Origin: Eledone cirrhosa
Lineage: Eukaryota
Length of the DNA: 64,000 bases
Reading direction: 5' to 3'
NCBI GenBank assembly: GCA_964016885.1
Contig: OZ024744.1
Span: forward strand, 111,786,001 to 111,850,000
The notes beneath the pieces are model-generated. The model worked only from the letters and a program-made list of their open reading frames with translations, was not told the origin of the DNA and ran no database searches. A program made the position numbers and the translations under genes. Positions 1-13,214 of the stretch are shown in pieces. Position 1 is the stretch's first letter. Each line of letters begins with the position of its first letter.

Positions 1-962
1 TTATTCATGTATAGAATATCTAGAAATATATTATTTAATCTGTGCCTATAGTAGAAATCATTATTATTATTATAATTTTAAATGATTGAAGGGTGTGATT
101 TGAGGGAGATTTGACTGTTATCTCCAGCAGATCAAACAACCATCTTGATGTTTGCTGGCTGGCTTGTTTATTTAGGTCAGTGAATGAGAGTTGATTAAAT
201 TACACCGCCCCACCCAATTTTTGGCATTGCGCCTATTGTTAGAAATTATTGTTGTTGTTATTTACTAATGATCCATAGAATTGGTAAACAAGGTGACTAA
301 ATACCATGTGATACTGAGTTCATATCACACCTATGCCAACTTTGTCTCACATTCTTCAGATGTCGATAAGATTGAGTATCAGTAACATTGTCAATTTAAT
401 TTACTGCATCCCTCCCTTTACTCCCCCCCCCCCAAAAAAAAAATATGCGACTCTATGCCTATGTTAGAAAAGATCACAATCGCTAGAGTGGTAGGCAACA
501 TGCCTTGCAGTATTCAGTTCTGGCTCTCTATGATCGGAATTCAAATACCACCCACCACAGTCAATTTTGTCTTTCTTCCTTCCAAAGGGCGATAAAAGAT
601 CAATATTAAGATCAATATAGTCAACAGCTTCTCCTCCAAAATTGTTGACATTGTGTCTAAGTTAAGAACCATGAGTGAGGGGTTGGTAGATTGGTAGAAC
701 CATTAGTGTGTTGAACAAAAAACTACAGCATTCTACTGGCTCTTTACTTCCTAACTTCAACCTTGACCTTCCTAAGGTCGATAAAATGAAGTAGCAGTGA
801 AGAATTGGGGTCAATATAATCGACAGTTGTAAACTTCACTCCATGACTGTCATTATTAAAGGTGGTTGACTTTGCCTTTCATCCTTACGGGGTCGATAAA
901 ATAAAGTACCAGTAATGCACTGATTAATTGCTGGCCTTGTGCCTAAAGTAGAAACAATTATT

Positions 963-1160
963 GAAGGCGGTGGATTGGCAGAACCGGTAGAGAGTCGTAC
1001 GCCATGTTTTGCAGCATAGAGTTACGGCCCTTTATGATCTGAGTTCAAATCCCGCCGAGGTTGACTTTGCCTTTCATCCTTACGGGGGTCGATAAAATAA
1101 AGTACCAGTAATGCACTGGGATTAATTGCTGGCCTTGTGCCTATATAAGAAACCATTATT
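963..1160 (+). mobile_element. tRNA-derived SINE with Meta-like domain (second SINE family)
   Basis: gagttcaaatcccgccgaggttgactttgcctttcatccttacggggtcgataaaataaagtaccag. Preceded by a truncated copy (860-962) and three decayed copies (about 260-830). Confidence 0.8.
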
Positions 1161-1415
1161 AATGGTTTAAAGTGCCTAGCCAGTGTCTAGGTCATATGGG
1201 CTTCGACATAGCAGCCAATGGCAACTTATTATGGGTCTTCACGTTATTTTATAGCATCTCTGTACATGACCAGAACATTCTTTATATTAAATACCATTAA
1301 ATAAAGAAACTATCATTACTAGTAATAACCTTTTGCTACGTCGCTGGAAAATTACTCACACAAACAGATAAATAACTATATGCATTATATATGTGTGTGT
1401 GTGTGTGTGTGTGAT

Positions 1416-1765
1416 TCATCATCATCATCATCATTTCATTTTACGTCCGCTTTTTCCCTGCTTGAAAAGGTTGGGACGGGAACTGATTCTGGCTTGATTT
1501 CTACAGCTGGATGCCCTTCCTAACACCAACCTCATCTACAGTGAGTGCTGGGTGCTTTTTTGCCGTGGCACCTCCACGACCACTTTAGAGTGGAATGATA
1601 TGGACCCCAGTCCCTATCATCTCATTTCTACAGCTGAGTAAACTGGAGCAATGTGAAATAAAGTGTCTTGCTCAAGGAAACAACACATCACCCGGTCTGA
1701 GAATTGAACTCACAACCTTTCGATTGCAAGGCCAATGCTCTAACCACTAAGCCATGTGCCTCCAC
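1416..1765 (-). mobile_element. tRNA-derived CORE-type SINE with RTE-derived tail
   Basis: Box A TGGCTTAGTGG and box B GTTCAATTC. Middle ccttgagcaagacacttt..cagtttactcagctgtagaaatgag aligns with the MIR CORE. Tail shared with RTE at 4620-4712; (GAT)n end. Confidence 0.85.
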
Positions 1766-2296
1766 AGTGTGTGTCACAGACAAATGTAAGTCTTTGTAAA
1801 CTTCAGAGAAAATGTTTCTTAATGAAAGATTTGAGGAAAGGACTATAAAAGCTATGAGAGGAAAAGGAGACGAAAAGCAAGTACTCTGGGGCCACAGAAG
1901 AAAAGTGGGGGGAGGGGGAGGTGGGGTGATGGGCTCTGGACCTAAGGTACAGCTTGTTGGGGCTGCTGCACACCACCAACAAAATTGCAAAACATTTCTG
2001 CGGACAATGGCCAGTGACACATGCTGCAACAGCCACCCAACATAACAGGGTTCCTTCCTCAGTCGGCAACCAGTGCAAAGAAGAAGTGGCTGGACAATCC
2101 CTGCTTTATCGTCCATTCCTCTGTATTGCCAGCTGCAGTGGGCGGGGTTTGTGGCCAGAGTGACTAAGTTGGAGGTGAAGAATGTGTCATAACATGTGGC
2201 GTCCCAAATGGGAAGGGGAATAATATGATATTGAAATAGGTAAATTTGTTAAACATTAAACTATCTCTCACCAACACATTCTCTCCCTCTCTTTCC

Positions 2297-2327
<31 letters not shown>

Positions 2328-2473
2328 TCTCTCTCTCTCTTTCACACACACACACTCTCTCTCTCTCTCTCTCTTTTTCATTGTATTTCTCTCAACAACA
2401 TTTCACAATTGTTGAGAGAGAAATATTATGTTGTGATGGACAGACAGTTTGAGATCAGCTTGTCTTTAATAAT

Positions 2474-2660
2474 TGTTTCTATATTTGGCACAAGGCCAGC
2501 AATTATCCCAATGTATTACTGGTACTTTATTTTATCAACCTCGTAAGGATGAAAGGCAGGACTTGAACCTCGGCGGGACTTGAACTCAGACCGTAAAGGG
2601 CCGTAACTCTTTGCTGCAATGCATGGCGTCCGACCCTCTACCGATACTGCCAATCCACCC
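2474..2660 (-). mobile_element. Meta-like SINE with 15-bp TSD
   Basis: Direct repeat cttgtctttaataat at 2459-2473 and 2661-2675. Confidence 0.85.
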
Positions 2661-2961
2661 CTTGTCTTTAATAATACTAAGATATACGCTGATGCAAATG
2701 TATATGTGTGTGCGTGTGTTTATGAGCATATAGATATAAACATGCACACAAACACACACTCACACAAATACACAATCATTCACACTAACACACACACACA
2801 CACATATTAACGCAAACACCAACACACATACATACATTCACGCAAACACAGACATTCACACACAGCATAGCAAATGAAACGCTAGCTGCTCTTTTGCTAT
2901 AGTTTTTTCACCATCCCCTACCTTCCTATTACACACATACATTAACACACACACACACATA

Positions 2962-3020
<59 letters not shown>

Positions 3021-3121
3021 TGTGTGAGACAGACAGAGGTTGCTCAAATTTATATATAGCAAAATTATCATAAGTTCTACTTTAAACAAAGTTTATTGTT
3101 ATTATTTTCACATGTTCAATG

Positions 3122-4172
3122 TAGGCGGTGGTGAAGATGGTGGTAGTGGTAGTAGGGAGTGGTGGTGGTAGTAGTAGTAGTGGTGGTGGTAGTAGGTAGC
3201 AGTAGTGGTGGTGGTAGTAGTAGTGGTGGTAGTAGTAGTAGTAGTGGTGGTGGTGGTGGTAGTGGTAGTAGTAGTGGTGGTGGTAGTAGGTAGTGGTGGT
3301 AGTAGTAGTGGTGGTGGTAGTAGGTAGCAGTAGTGGTGGTGGTAGTAGTAGTGGTGGTAGTAGTAGTAGTAGTGGTGGTGGTGGTGGTAGTGGGGGTAGT
3401 AGTAGTGGTGGTGGTAGTAGGTAGTGGTGGTAGTAGTAGTGGTGGTGGTAGTAGGTAGTGGTGGTAGTAGTAGTGGTAGTGGTGGTAGTAGTGGTGGTGG
3501 TAGTAGGTAGTGGTGGTAGTAGTAGTGGTAGTGGTGGTAGTAGTGGTGGTGGTAGTAGTAATGGTGGTGGTAGTGGTAGTGGCGGTGGTAGTAGGTAGTG
3601 GTGGTAGTAGTAGTGGTAGTGGTGGTAGTAGTGGTGGTGGTAGTAGGTAGTGGTGGTAGTAGTAGTGGTAGTGGTGGTAGTAGTGGTGGTGGTAGTAGTA
3701 ATGGTGGTGGTAGTGGTAGTGGCGGTGGTAGTAGGTAGTGGTGGTAGTAGTAGTGGTAGTGGTGGTAGTAGTGGTGGTGGTAGTAGTAATGGTGGTGGTA
3801 GTGGTAGTGGCGGTGGTAGTAGGTAGTGGTGGTAGTAGTAGTGGTAGTGGTGGTAGTAGTAGCGGTGGTAGTAGTAATGGTGGTGGTAGTGGTAGTGGCG
3901 GTGGTAGTAGGTAGTGGTGGTAGTAGTAGTGGTAGTGGTGGTAGTAGTAGTGGTGGTAGTAGTAGTGGTGATAGTGGTAGTAGTAGGTAGTGGTGGTGGT
4001 GTTGGTGGTAGTGGTGCTGTTTGTGGTACTAGTGGTGGTGGTGGTGGTAGTAATGGTGGTGGTAGTGGCGGTGGTAGTAGGTAGTGGTGGTAGTAGTAGT
4101 GGTAGTGGTGGTAGTAGTAGTGGTGGTAGTAGTAGGTAGTGGTGGTGGTGGTGGTGGTGGTGGTGGTGGTAG
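3122..4172. repeat. Compound (GGT)/(AGT) trinucleotide array with higher-order duplications
   Basis: Direct inspection; similar arrays at 28877-29370, 48000-48245, 48590-49262 and 61640-62045. Confidence 0.95.
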
Positions 4173-4267
4173 TATTATTACAACAATATGACCCTCCCCA
4201 AATATAACAATATTTGTTTTGACACATGATTTCATATCAAAGACCTCGCAAAACTAATTCATTGCCG

Positions 4268-4313
<46 letters not shown>

Positions 4314-4322
4314 ACTTATATA

Positions 4323-4353
<31 letters not shown>

Positions 4354-4426
4354 CTTATATATGATATATATATATATATATGATATATATATATATTATA
4401 TACATATATGATATATTACCCAATTA

Positions 4427-4824
4427 CACCTCTCAAAGGCGATGACACACGACCGTGACCTCTGGCGTCACGCAGTAATACAGAAGACCCGACTCCCCAC
4501 GGGTACAAGCCGAAGCTGAAGCATATAGACAATACGCCCCCACACCCTCCCACTGTAAGGTGGTCGTGGCGGTGCCACGGCAAAACAGCACCCAGCCCAT
4601 ACTCTAAAGTGGACGTGTTGGCGCCACGGAAAAAAAGCACCCAGCACTCACTGTAAATGAGGTTGGTGTTAGGAAGGGCATCCAGCTGTAGAAATCAAGC
4701 CAGAATCAGTTCCTGTATGAGCAAGACAAGGTCAGTCAACCAGACACTGCAGACAACAGGACAACCCGTCTAACCCATGCTAGCGTGGAAGAATGGATGT
4801 AAAACGGTGATGATGATGATGATA

Positions 4825-4825
<1 letters not shown>
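4427..4825 (+). mobile_element. RTE LINE 3' end, second subfamily
   Basis: DRDLWRHAVIQKTR remnant, UTR and (GAT)n tail; homologous to 58845-59317. Confidence 0.8.
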
Positions 4826-4880
<55 letters not shown>

Positions 4881-4897
4881 CATATATACATATATAT

Positions 4898-5854
4898 ACT
4901 AGACATGAAAAATGCGCAAGCTCAAAAGTGCCACAGAATGTTATAATAAACCTTCAAAAGTGTGGGACTAGAGTTGTTGCTAAAAAATATTGTAATCATT
5001 ATATATCGTACATTCTGTGGCATCCTTTATAAAAATAGCTTAAACCAACGAAGCCTTTATTTTTACGCTATTTCACTTAGTTAATTCTTAGAGTGTAACA
5101 TATAAAAATATGATTTACAACTATAAAATAAATTAATTAATATAATAACAGAGCTGCGGAGCTGAAATTTAGGAAATAATGGAGTATCGGATCCTGAGTT
5201 GGAGCCAGTCAATTTTTGACCGACTCCGCAGCCCTGTATAATACATTTCATATTAAAGTTATTAATAAACCTATTTTACACTTCATGCAAATTACCACGA
5301 GATATTGATATTAGATATAAGATACAGCGCAATATCTACAGCTGTAAAAGTACGAAAGCGAAGTAATAATAAGTGGCTTAAGGTAATTCCAATATGAAAG
5401 TTTGTAGTGATAAAAATTTGATAATGCAATACGATTGTTAATATTATAGTTCTATGAAAATGTAACAATAGATAACTAAATTATTTTACTATTAGTATAT
5501 TTAAGAAATTATCATTATAGATTTGATCGTTCATATAAGCATCATATTAAGTTTCAACACAATTATTTTGTTACTATGAGTATATGATAATAATATTACG
5601 TAATTATTTATAGCTGTTATTACATTAAACATAGATGTATTTATTTTTATATGTTACACTCTAAGAATTAACTAAGTGAAATAGCGTAAAAATAAAGGCT
5701 TCGTTGGTTTAAGCTATTTTTATAAAGGATGCCACAGAATGTACGATATATAATGATTACAATATTTTTTAGCAACAACTCTAGTCCCACACTTTTGAAG
5801 GTTTATTATAACATTCTGTGGCACTTTTGAGCTTGCGCATTTTTCATGTCTAGT
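4898..5854. mobile_element. Foldback element with about 212-bp apparently perfect inverted repeats
   Basis: 4898-5110 is the reverse complement of 5642-5854; AT-rich spacer. Confidence 0.85.
5149..5236. mobile_element. Tiny hAT-type MITE remnant nested in the foldback spacer
   Basis: TIRs cagagctgcggag / ctccgcagccctg with 8-bp flanks tataataa / tataatac. Confidence 0.65.
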
Positions 5855-6971
5855 TTAATATTTTTTTAAGGCAACGCTTGTAATAACTCTAGTTAAACAG
5901 GATATATATTAATAATAAATTATCGTTGTAATGTAATTAGATTATGTAATTGTTATTATAAATTATCTTATAAATATTAGTGTAAGATGTATAAAAATAT
6001 TTTCAGACTTTTAATATAAACAACTACAAAAAACAATCAATATTAAATCAATATATTATACATAATAGAAAACATAAAATATACAATACAAAAACAAAAT
6101 ATTTACATACATTTGCAATTATCAGTGTATATACATTTTCTTTATATTCCCTGAGCAAATTAATAAGATTTGTTTTTATTGTACATAATTTGATGACTTG
6201 TTGGAGTGTATTAAAAGATAGCAACAATTTGTGATTAAATTGTTATCTTAAGCAACTCACTTTTTAATAGTTGTTGGCTGAGCGAAATTGTAAAAGCCTA
6301 TGAGCAAATATAAAAAAAAATACACAAACAACATTTCCTTGTGTTATTACAACATTAGATAAAATAATTGAGCAATGTCGTTATATTTTGCTCTTATTGC
6401 ACATTAATAGTGTTTCTATTTTTCGGCACAAATCCATTACGGCAGTCCATTACTGGTACTTTATTTTATCGAATTAGTAAGTATGAAAGTCGAAGTTAAC
6501 CTCGGCAGGATTTGAACTTAGAATGCAAAGGACCATAACAATACTGCAAAGCATGGTGTCTGACGCTCTACCAATACTTGTGTTGAGCTGGTCATTAATT
6601 TATGGTGGTCGTGCGTGAAGTAGAGCAATCGCTAGTTGAAATATTATGAACAAAACATTTTTATTTGCCGAAGAACATATTTTCAATACTGTTTGTGAAT
6701 GTGACGAAGGAAATACATTCTGATATGGAACAGTGTACAAAGTGTGTCTGTGAATAACATAATGTTACCTCATGTTGTTGTCAAGACATAATGGATTTCG
6801 TTTATCCAGTTAGAAGATGAAACCTAGCCATCTCGGATTAGTTATATTTCATGCCATGTGTAAACGTGTTTGAGGATAGCAAAATATGCGCGTTAATTAT
6901 AATAATTAGTTAATAATATTACAAAATATACCTAATTAAACTCTTTGCTTGAAATTTTATCATTCTTCGTT

Positions 6972-7103
<132 letters not shown>

Positions 7104-7327
7104 TCTAGTCCTTCGCTCAAGATTAATCTATAAGTTTAGATGTTTGCCTTCGTTTAAGTAAATATTACAGTAAGATTTTTAATATAAACAACTGCAAAAA
7201 ACAATTAATATTAAAACGAAAAAATTATCAATGATAAAAGAAGCGGATGCAACTTTTTTTTTTATAAAGTTATATTCCTGTTTCTTTAAAGAACATTTCA
7301 TTTTTGTTCTATTGTAGGCGAAATAAT

Positions 7328-7513
7328 TGTTTCTACTTTAGGCACAAGGCCAGCAAATTACCCAGTACATTACTGGTACTTTATTTTATCGACCCCGTAA
7401 GGATGAAAGGCAAAGTTAACCTCGGCGGGATTTGAACTCAGACTGTAAAGGGACGTAACTATGCTAGAAAGCATGGCGTCCAACCCTCTACCGATACTGC
7501 CAATTCACCGCCC
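7328..7513 (-). mobile_element. Meta-like SINE with 15-bp TSD
   Basis: Direct repeat tgtaggcgaaataat at 7313-7327 and 7514-7528. Other copies at about 6410-6580, 7662-7712, 36399-36495, 49275-49497, 60270-60470 and 61180-61370. Confidence 0.85.
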
Positions 7514-9319
7514 TGTAGGCGAAATAATGCAATGGTTTAATAGGGAAGATATAACTTACGAATTATGTCTCTAACCGTGTAACGCTTTTTAAGTAGATAA
7601 CTACAATTGAAAATACTAAAGAAATGGAACCAACAATTCAATTTGAAAGTCGTCTAGTGACAGTGTATTACTGGTACTTTATTTTATCGACCCCGTAACG
7701 ATGAAAGGCAAAAATGCAAATGCTTAAAATTTAAATTGCCTTAATTCTATCGTCTGCTGTTTCATTAAAGGGAGATTATCGTCTGTATTTAATTCTATCG
7801 TCTACTGTTCCACTAAACAGATATACCTCCACTATCGTCTCTATTTATACATTTTAACTTATAACTTATACACATTTGATTTGAAATATTTTATCTAGTC
7901 CCCCCTCTCAATATTATGATGATTTCTTTCGAATGAAACAGTTCTAGTCCTGTAGAAGCCATTTATATATATAATTGAACTGAGTTAAAAATTCACAATA
8001 TTTATAATTAAATAAGCTCATATATATATGTGTGTATTTATCTGTTTATTGTATTATATATAATGTGTGTATATACAGGATGTCCCCCAAAAATATATAC
8101 ACACTTCAACAGCATTCTAATAACTATTGCCTGTACAGGTAATCAAAGTGTCAATCGAATGTTAGTTTCGTGTTTTAACAGTACAAATTTACAATACACA
8201 CATAAAACCAGTGTATATACATACATGAGTGTGTATACACATACATGAATGTGTATATACAATATATATGTATATATATATATAGACACATGTATTCACG
8301 GTGCAACGGTACATTAAAATATAGATGCGGGAGAGGGGGTGTATATATAGGGGCGCTGGGGATAAAGGAGTGTAAAGCGTGTGTAATTGATATATTGAAG
8401 GAGAGGAGCGTGCAGCGATAGAGTAACAAATATATAGAGAGGGGGAGAGATGGTATTGAAGGGGAGGAGTGCAAAGCGAAAGAGTAAGAGATATAAATAG
8501 AGACGGAACAGATAGAGAGAAACAGGCGTAAGTAACAGTGGAAGAGATATAGAGAGAGGTACTCTGATTGGTTGAAAATTAGCCAATGACATACGATCAC
8601 CACCACGGCTATCCCCGAAAAATTTTTAAAGAAGCTAGGCATATATGTTAGAACACGAAAAGTGAACATTCTGTGTTTCACACTTTTCGTGTTCTAACAG
8701 ATATATATATTTATATAACATATATACATCACATCATCATCATCACCGTTTTACGTCCGTTCTTCTTTGCAGTGGGAGGGTGTGGTGGCATATTGTCTAT
8801 ATGCTTATATATATATATATAAACATACGCACACACAAATACATACACACACACAAATGCACGCGTGTGTGTGTAAACCTTATGTATTTCTACAGTATTT
8901 TCACCAAACTTAAGACATAGGTTACTTATGTATTCCGGATGGTCATGGGCACTTTCATTTTTCCAGATATTGATTATAGGGCCCCCCGGCAGATAACCCC
9001 TTTAACCACTTCCTTGGAGTCGACTGAAGCACTGCAGTGCAATGCAACAAAATATCATAATTTCTGGAGTTCGCAACAGTTTTTCACAGAACTTGACACA
9101 TGGGCTACGTTTGTTCTACAGATGAATGTGAACTCTCAGAATTGGCACATATTGAGTAGGGTACCCCTGGGGGCAGGAACACTCTTTTGGAAAAAGCCAA
9201 TGATTTTATAAAAGTATAGTTTTCGAAGCAGCACTGACATAAATGGTATACATAACTGTTATTTAATACACGAGCAAATACCTATGCTAGCATATATATA
9301 TATACGTATTTATCAAATA

Positions 9320-9657
9320 TCATCATCATCATTTTACGTCCGCTTTTCCCTGCTTGCAAGGGTGGGATGGGAACTGATTCTGGCTTGATTTCTACAGCTG
9401 GATGCCCTTCCTAACACCAACCTCATTTACAGTGAGTGCTGGGTGCTTTTTCTACCGTGGCACCTCCACGACCACTTTGCAGTGGAACGATAGGGACCCC
9501 AGTCCCTATCATCTCATTTCTACAGCTGAGTAAACTGGAGCAATGTGAAATAAAGTGTCTTGCACAAGGAAACAACACATCACCCGGTCTGAGAATTGAA
9601 CTCACAACCTTTTGATTGCAAGGCCAATGCTCTAACCACTAAGCCATGTGCCTCCAC
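9320..9657 (-). mobile_element. CORE-type SINE copy
   Basis: Near-identical to 1416-1765. Confidence 0.85.
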
Positions 9658-10061
9658 AGTGTGTGTCACAGACAAATGAACTTTTTACAGTGTTACCTAC
9701 ACGGCCACATTACAGCGTGGACTCTGTTTTTTTTCTTGTGACACCTACACAATCTTGATCTCATTATTTCATTTATTTGGACTGGATGTTGTGGTACCAA
9801 CTTTACAGAGAGAGGGTGGTGTTGGTGGGAGTGGGAGGACAGGGTAGGGTAGGGGTAGTGGGATGGGGGGTGTATATTTGGTTAAGAGGTGCCTACTGAC
9901 TAGGTTTCGCTTTGTACTTAGGCATGGCGGGTCTTCTGTATTACTGCGTTACCTTTTCAACATTTTGTATTTTAAAGAGCTCAGGATTTCTTCTCCTTTG
10001 AGCACATTATTTACAGGGGATAGCGAGGGCCTATGCCTCCGTTAATTTATCGTGATATATA

Positions 10062-10099
<38 letters not shown>

Positions 10100-10102
<3 letters not shown>

Positions 10103-10442
10103 GAGGCACGTGGCTTAGTGGTTAGAGCATTGGCTTTGCAATCGAAAGGTTGTGAGTTCAATTCTCAGACCGGATGATGTGTTGTTTCCTTGAGCAAGAC
10201 ACTTTATTTCACATTGCTCCAGTTTACTCAGCTGTAGAAATGAGATGATATGGACTGGGGTCCCTATCATACCACTGCAAAGTGGTCGTGGAGGCGCCAC
10301 GGCAAAAAAGCACCCAGCACTCACTGTAAATGAGGTTGGTGTTAGGAAGGGCATCCAGCTGTAGAAATCAAGCCAGCATCAGTTCCCGTCCCACCCTTGC
10401 AAGCAGGGAAAAAGCGGACGTAAAATGAGATGATGATGATGA
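10100..10442 (+). mobile_element. CORE-type SINE copy
   Basis: Near-identical, opposite strand; extra tail-only copy at 10626-10730. Confidence 0.85.
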
Positions 10443-10497
<55 letters not shown>

Positions 10498-10548
10498 ATA
10501 TATATCATATATATATATATTATATATATATATATATCATGTATATAT

Positions 10549-10589
<41 letters not shown>

Positions 10590-10877
10590 TATATCATATA
10601 TATATACATATATCATATATATATATGTAAATGAGGTTGGTGTTAGGAAGGGCATCCAGCTGTAGAAATCAAGCCAGAATCAGTTCCCGTCCCACCCTTG
10701 CAAGCAGGGAAAAGCGGACGTAAAATGAAATCATCAAATCAAATCAAAATCATATATATATATATATCATATATATATATAATATGATATATATATGTGA
10801 TATATATATATGATGATTTCTAAAGAATGAAACAGTTCTAGTCCTGTAGAATCTTTTCTATATTAAAACTATATCAT

Positions 10878-10908
<31 letters not shown>

Positions 10909-10947
10909 GATATATATATATATATATATGATATATATATATATATG

Positions 10948-10978
<31 letters not shown>

Positions 10979-11001
10979 ATGATATAGTTTTAATATAGAA
11001 A

Positions 11002-11052
11002 AGATTCTACAGGACTAGAACTGTTTCATTCTTTAGAAATCATCAGGAATCT
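11002..11052 (-). ncRNA. Type-I hammerhead ribozyme, intact core (copy 1)
   Basis: Reverse complement reads agattc-CTGATGA-tttctaaagaat-GAAAC-ag-ttctagtc-ct-GTA-gaatct. Stem I 6 bp, closed stem III. Confidence 0.8.
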
Positions 11053-11601
11053 GGCTATCCAAAAATAAAATGGTATTTATAGGTCTCTTCAGGGAGTAGG
11101 AGAGGGTGGGGAGTGGGATGGGTAGAGGTCATTGTTTGAAAGAAAAGGGAATTCATTAAAAGCTAATTCTTTAAAGCTATAATTTATATTTAGAGTGACA
11201 AAGGCAGAAAGAATTCTATAAACAAGTTCAGAATGGGGTGCCACTCCTTATTTTTAAGTTTCTCTTAAGCTAACAATGCCTAGCTTTCAGGTGTCTATAA
11301 GATGGTTGGGGTCAGTCATGGTTGATGGATTTAAATAAAAGGGAAATTCTTTAAAAGCTAATTCTTTAAGGTTCTACATAGAGTGACAATGGCCAGGAGA
11401 ATTCTATAAACAAGTTCAAAATATTGGGTGCCTTTCATACCATTATCTTCAAGTTTATATGTTTTGTCTTGTGATTCTATAGACATGTTTTATGATATAT
11501 AGCTCTGATTGTTTAAATTATTAATTTTTCATTGAGCCAAAAAGTGACCAGTTGCAAAACACGTATATGTATGTGTATGTATATATATATATGTAAACTT
11601 T

Positions 11602-11643
<42 letters not shown>

Positions 11644-11654
11644 TATACATACAC

Positions 11655-11695
<41 letters not shown>

Positions 11696-11706
11696 TATAC
11701 ATACAC

Positions 11707-11753
<47 letters not shown>

Positions 11754-11785
11754 CAACACACACACACACACATACATATATATAT

Positions 11786-11824
<39 letters not shown>

Positions 11825-11859
11825 AATATATATATATATACACACATATATACATATAT

Positions 11860-11896
<37 letters not shown>

Positions 11897-12521
11897 CAAA
11901 TATATATATATATACACACATATATACATATATACACACACACACATATATATATATACACACACACACACATATATATAAATATATATATACATACACA
12001 CACATATATACATATACACACATACATATACACATGTATATATATATATATATATACACGTATACACACATATATACATATATATACATACACACACATA
12101 TATACATATATATATATATACATACACACGCACACGTATACACACATATATACATATATATATATACATACACACACATATATACATATACATACATATA
12201 CATATCTATATATATAAACACACACATACACATATATACATACACATACACATACACAAATATATATATACACATACATATATATACACATACACATATA
12301 TATACATATATATATACATACACATATATATATACATATATATACATACACATACACACACATACATACGCATACACGTACATAAATATATATATATACA
12401 TATATACATACATATATATACATATATATTATATATATATATATACATATATATATATACATATACATATATATATACATATATACATATATATATATTA
12501 TATATAGTTTTAATATATATG

Positions 12522-12572
12522 AGATTCTACAGGACTAGAACTGTTTCATTCTTTAGAAATCATCAGGAATCT
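12522..12572 (-). ncRNA. Type-I hammerhead ribozyme, intact core (copy 2, identical to 11002-11052)
   Basis: Same 51-nt sequence, 1520 bp away. Confidence 0.8.
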
Positions 12573-12754
12573 GGGTATCCAAAAATGAATATGGTATTTA
12601 TAGGTCTCTTAAGGGGGTAGGGAGTGGAATGGGTGTAGGTCGTTGGTTGATAGAAAAGGGAATTCATTAAAAGCTAATTCTTCAAAGCTATAATTTATAT
12701 TTAGAGTAACAAAGGCAGAAAGAATTAACGTATATTATATATATATATATATAC

Positions 12755-12792
<38 letters not shown>

Positions 12793-12813
12793 CATACATA
12801 GATACACACACAT

Positions 12814-12864
<51 letters not shown>

Positions 12865-13146
12865 TACATACATATACAACCATACATATGTATATATATA
12901 TATACATATATACACATATATATATAAATATATATACATATATATATATACATACATACATATATATACATACATACATACATATATACATACATACATA
13001 TATATACATATATATATATATACATACATACATATATATACACATACATATATATACACATACACACACATATACATACACATACATATATATACACATA
13101 CATATATATACACATACATATACATACATACATATATATATATATA

Positions 13147-13195
<49 letters not shown>

Positions 13196-13214
13196 CACAG
13201 ACATACACACATAC

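Larger units (their letters stand above)
10811..12728 (-). mobile_element. Non-autonomous PLE/retrozyme-like cluster: about 575-bp unit (10985-11560), truncated direct copy (12505-12728) and inverted terminal fragment (10811-10880), separated by (TA)n
   Basis: Direct and inverted identity of the hammerhead-bearing end; no ORF. The arrangement is typical of PLE pseudo-LTRs. An older copy of the same end lies at about 7915-7960. Confidence 0.65.

Noticed and set aside
1790-2220. Moderately GC-rich unique stretch as the next KLF exon
   Set aside because: No convincing minus-strand acceptor/donor pair in phase 1 and no KLF-like peptide; it could be regulatory but this is unsupported.
3082-4227. 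Extensin/mucin-like Pro/Thr/His/Tyr ORFs (also 28827-29394, 48010-49296, 61527-62123)
   Set aside because: They are trinucleotide microsatellites open in several frames with no splice or domain support.
8074-8110. Tc1/mariner-like TIR (tacaggatgtccccc)
   Set aside because: No matching second TIR or transposase remnant was found.
10100-10175. tRNA genes
   Set aside because: The A/B boxes belong to SINE heads; there is no acceptor stem and they continue into CORE or Meta-like domains.
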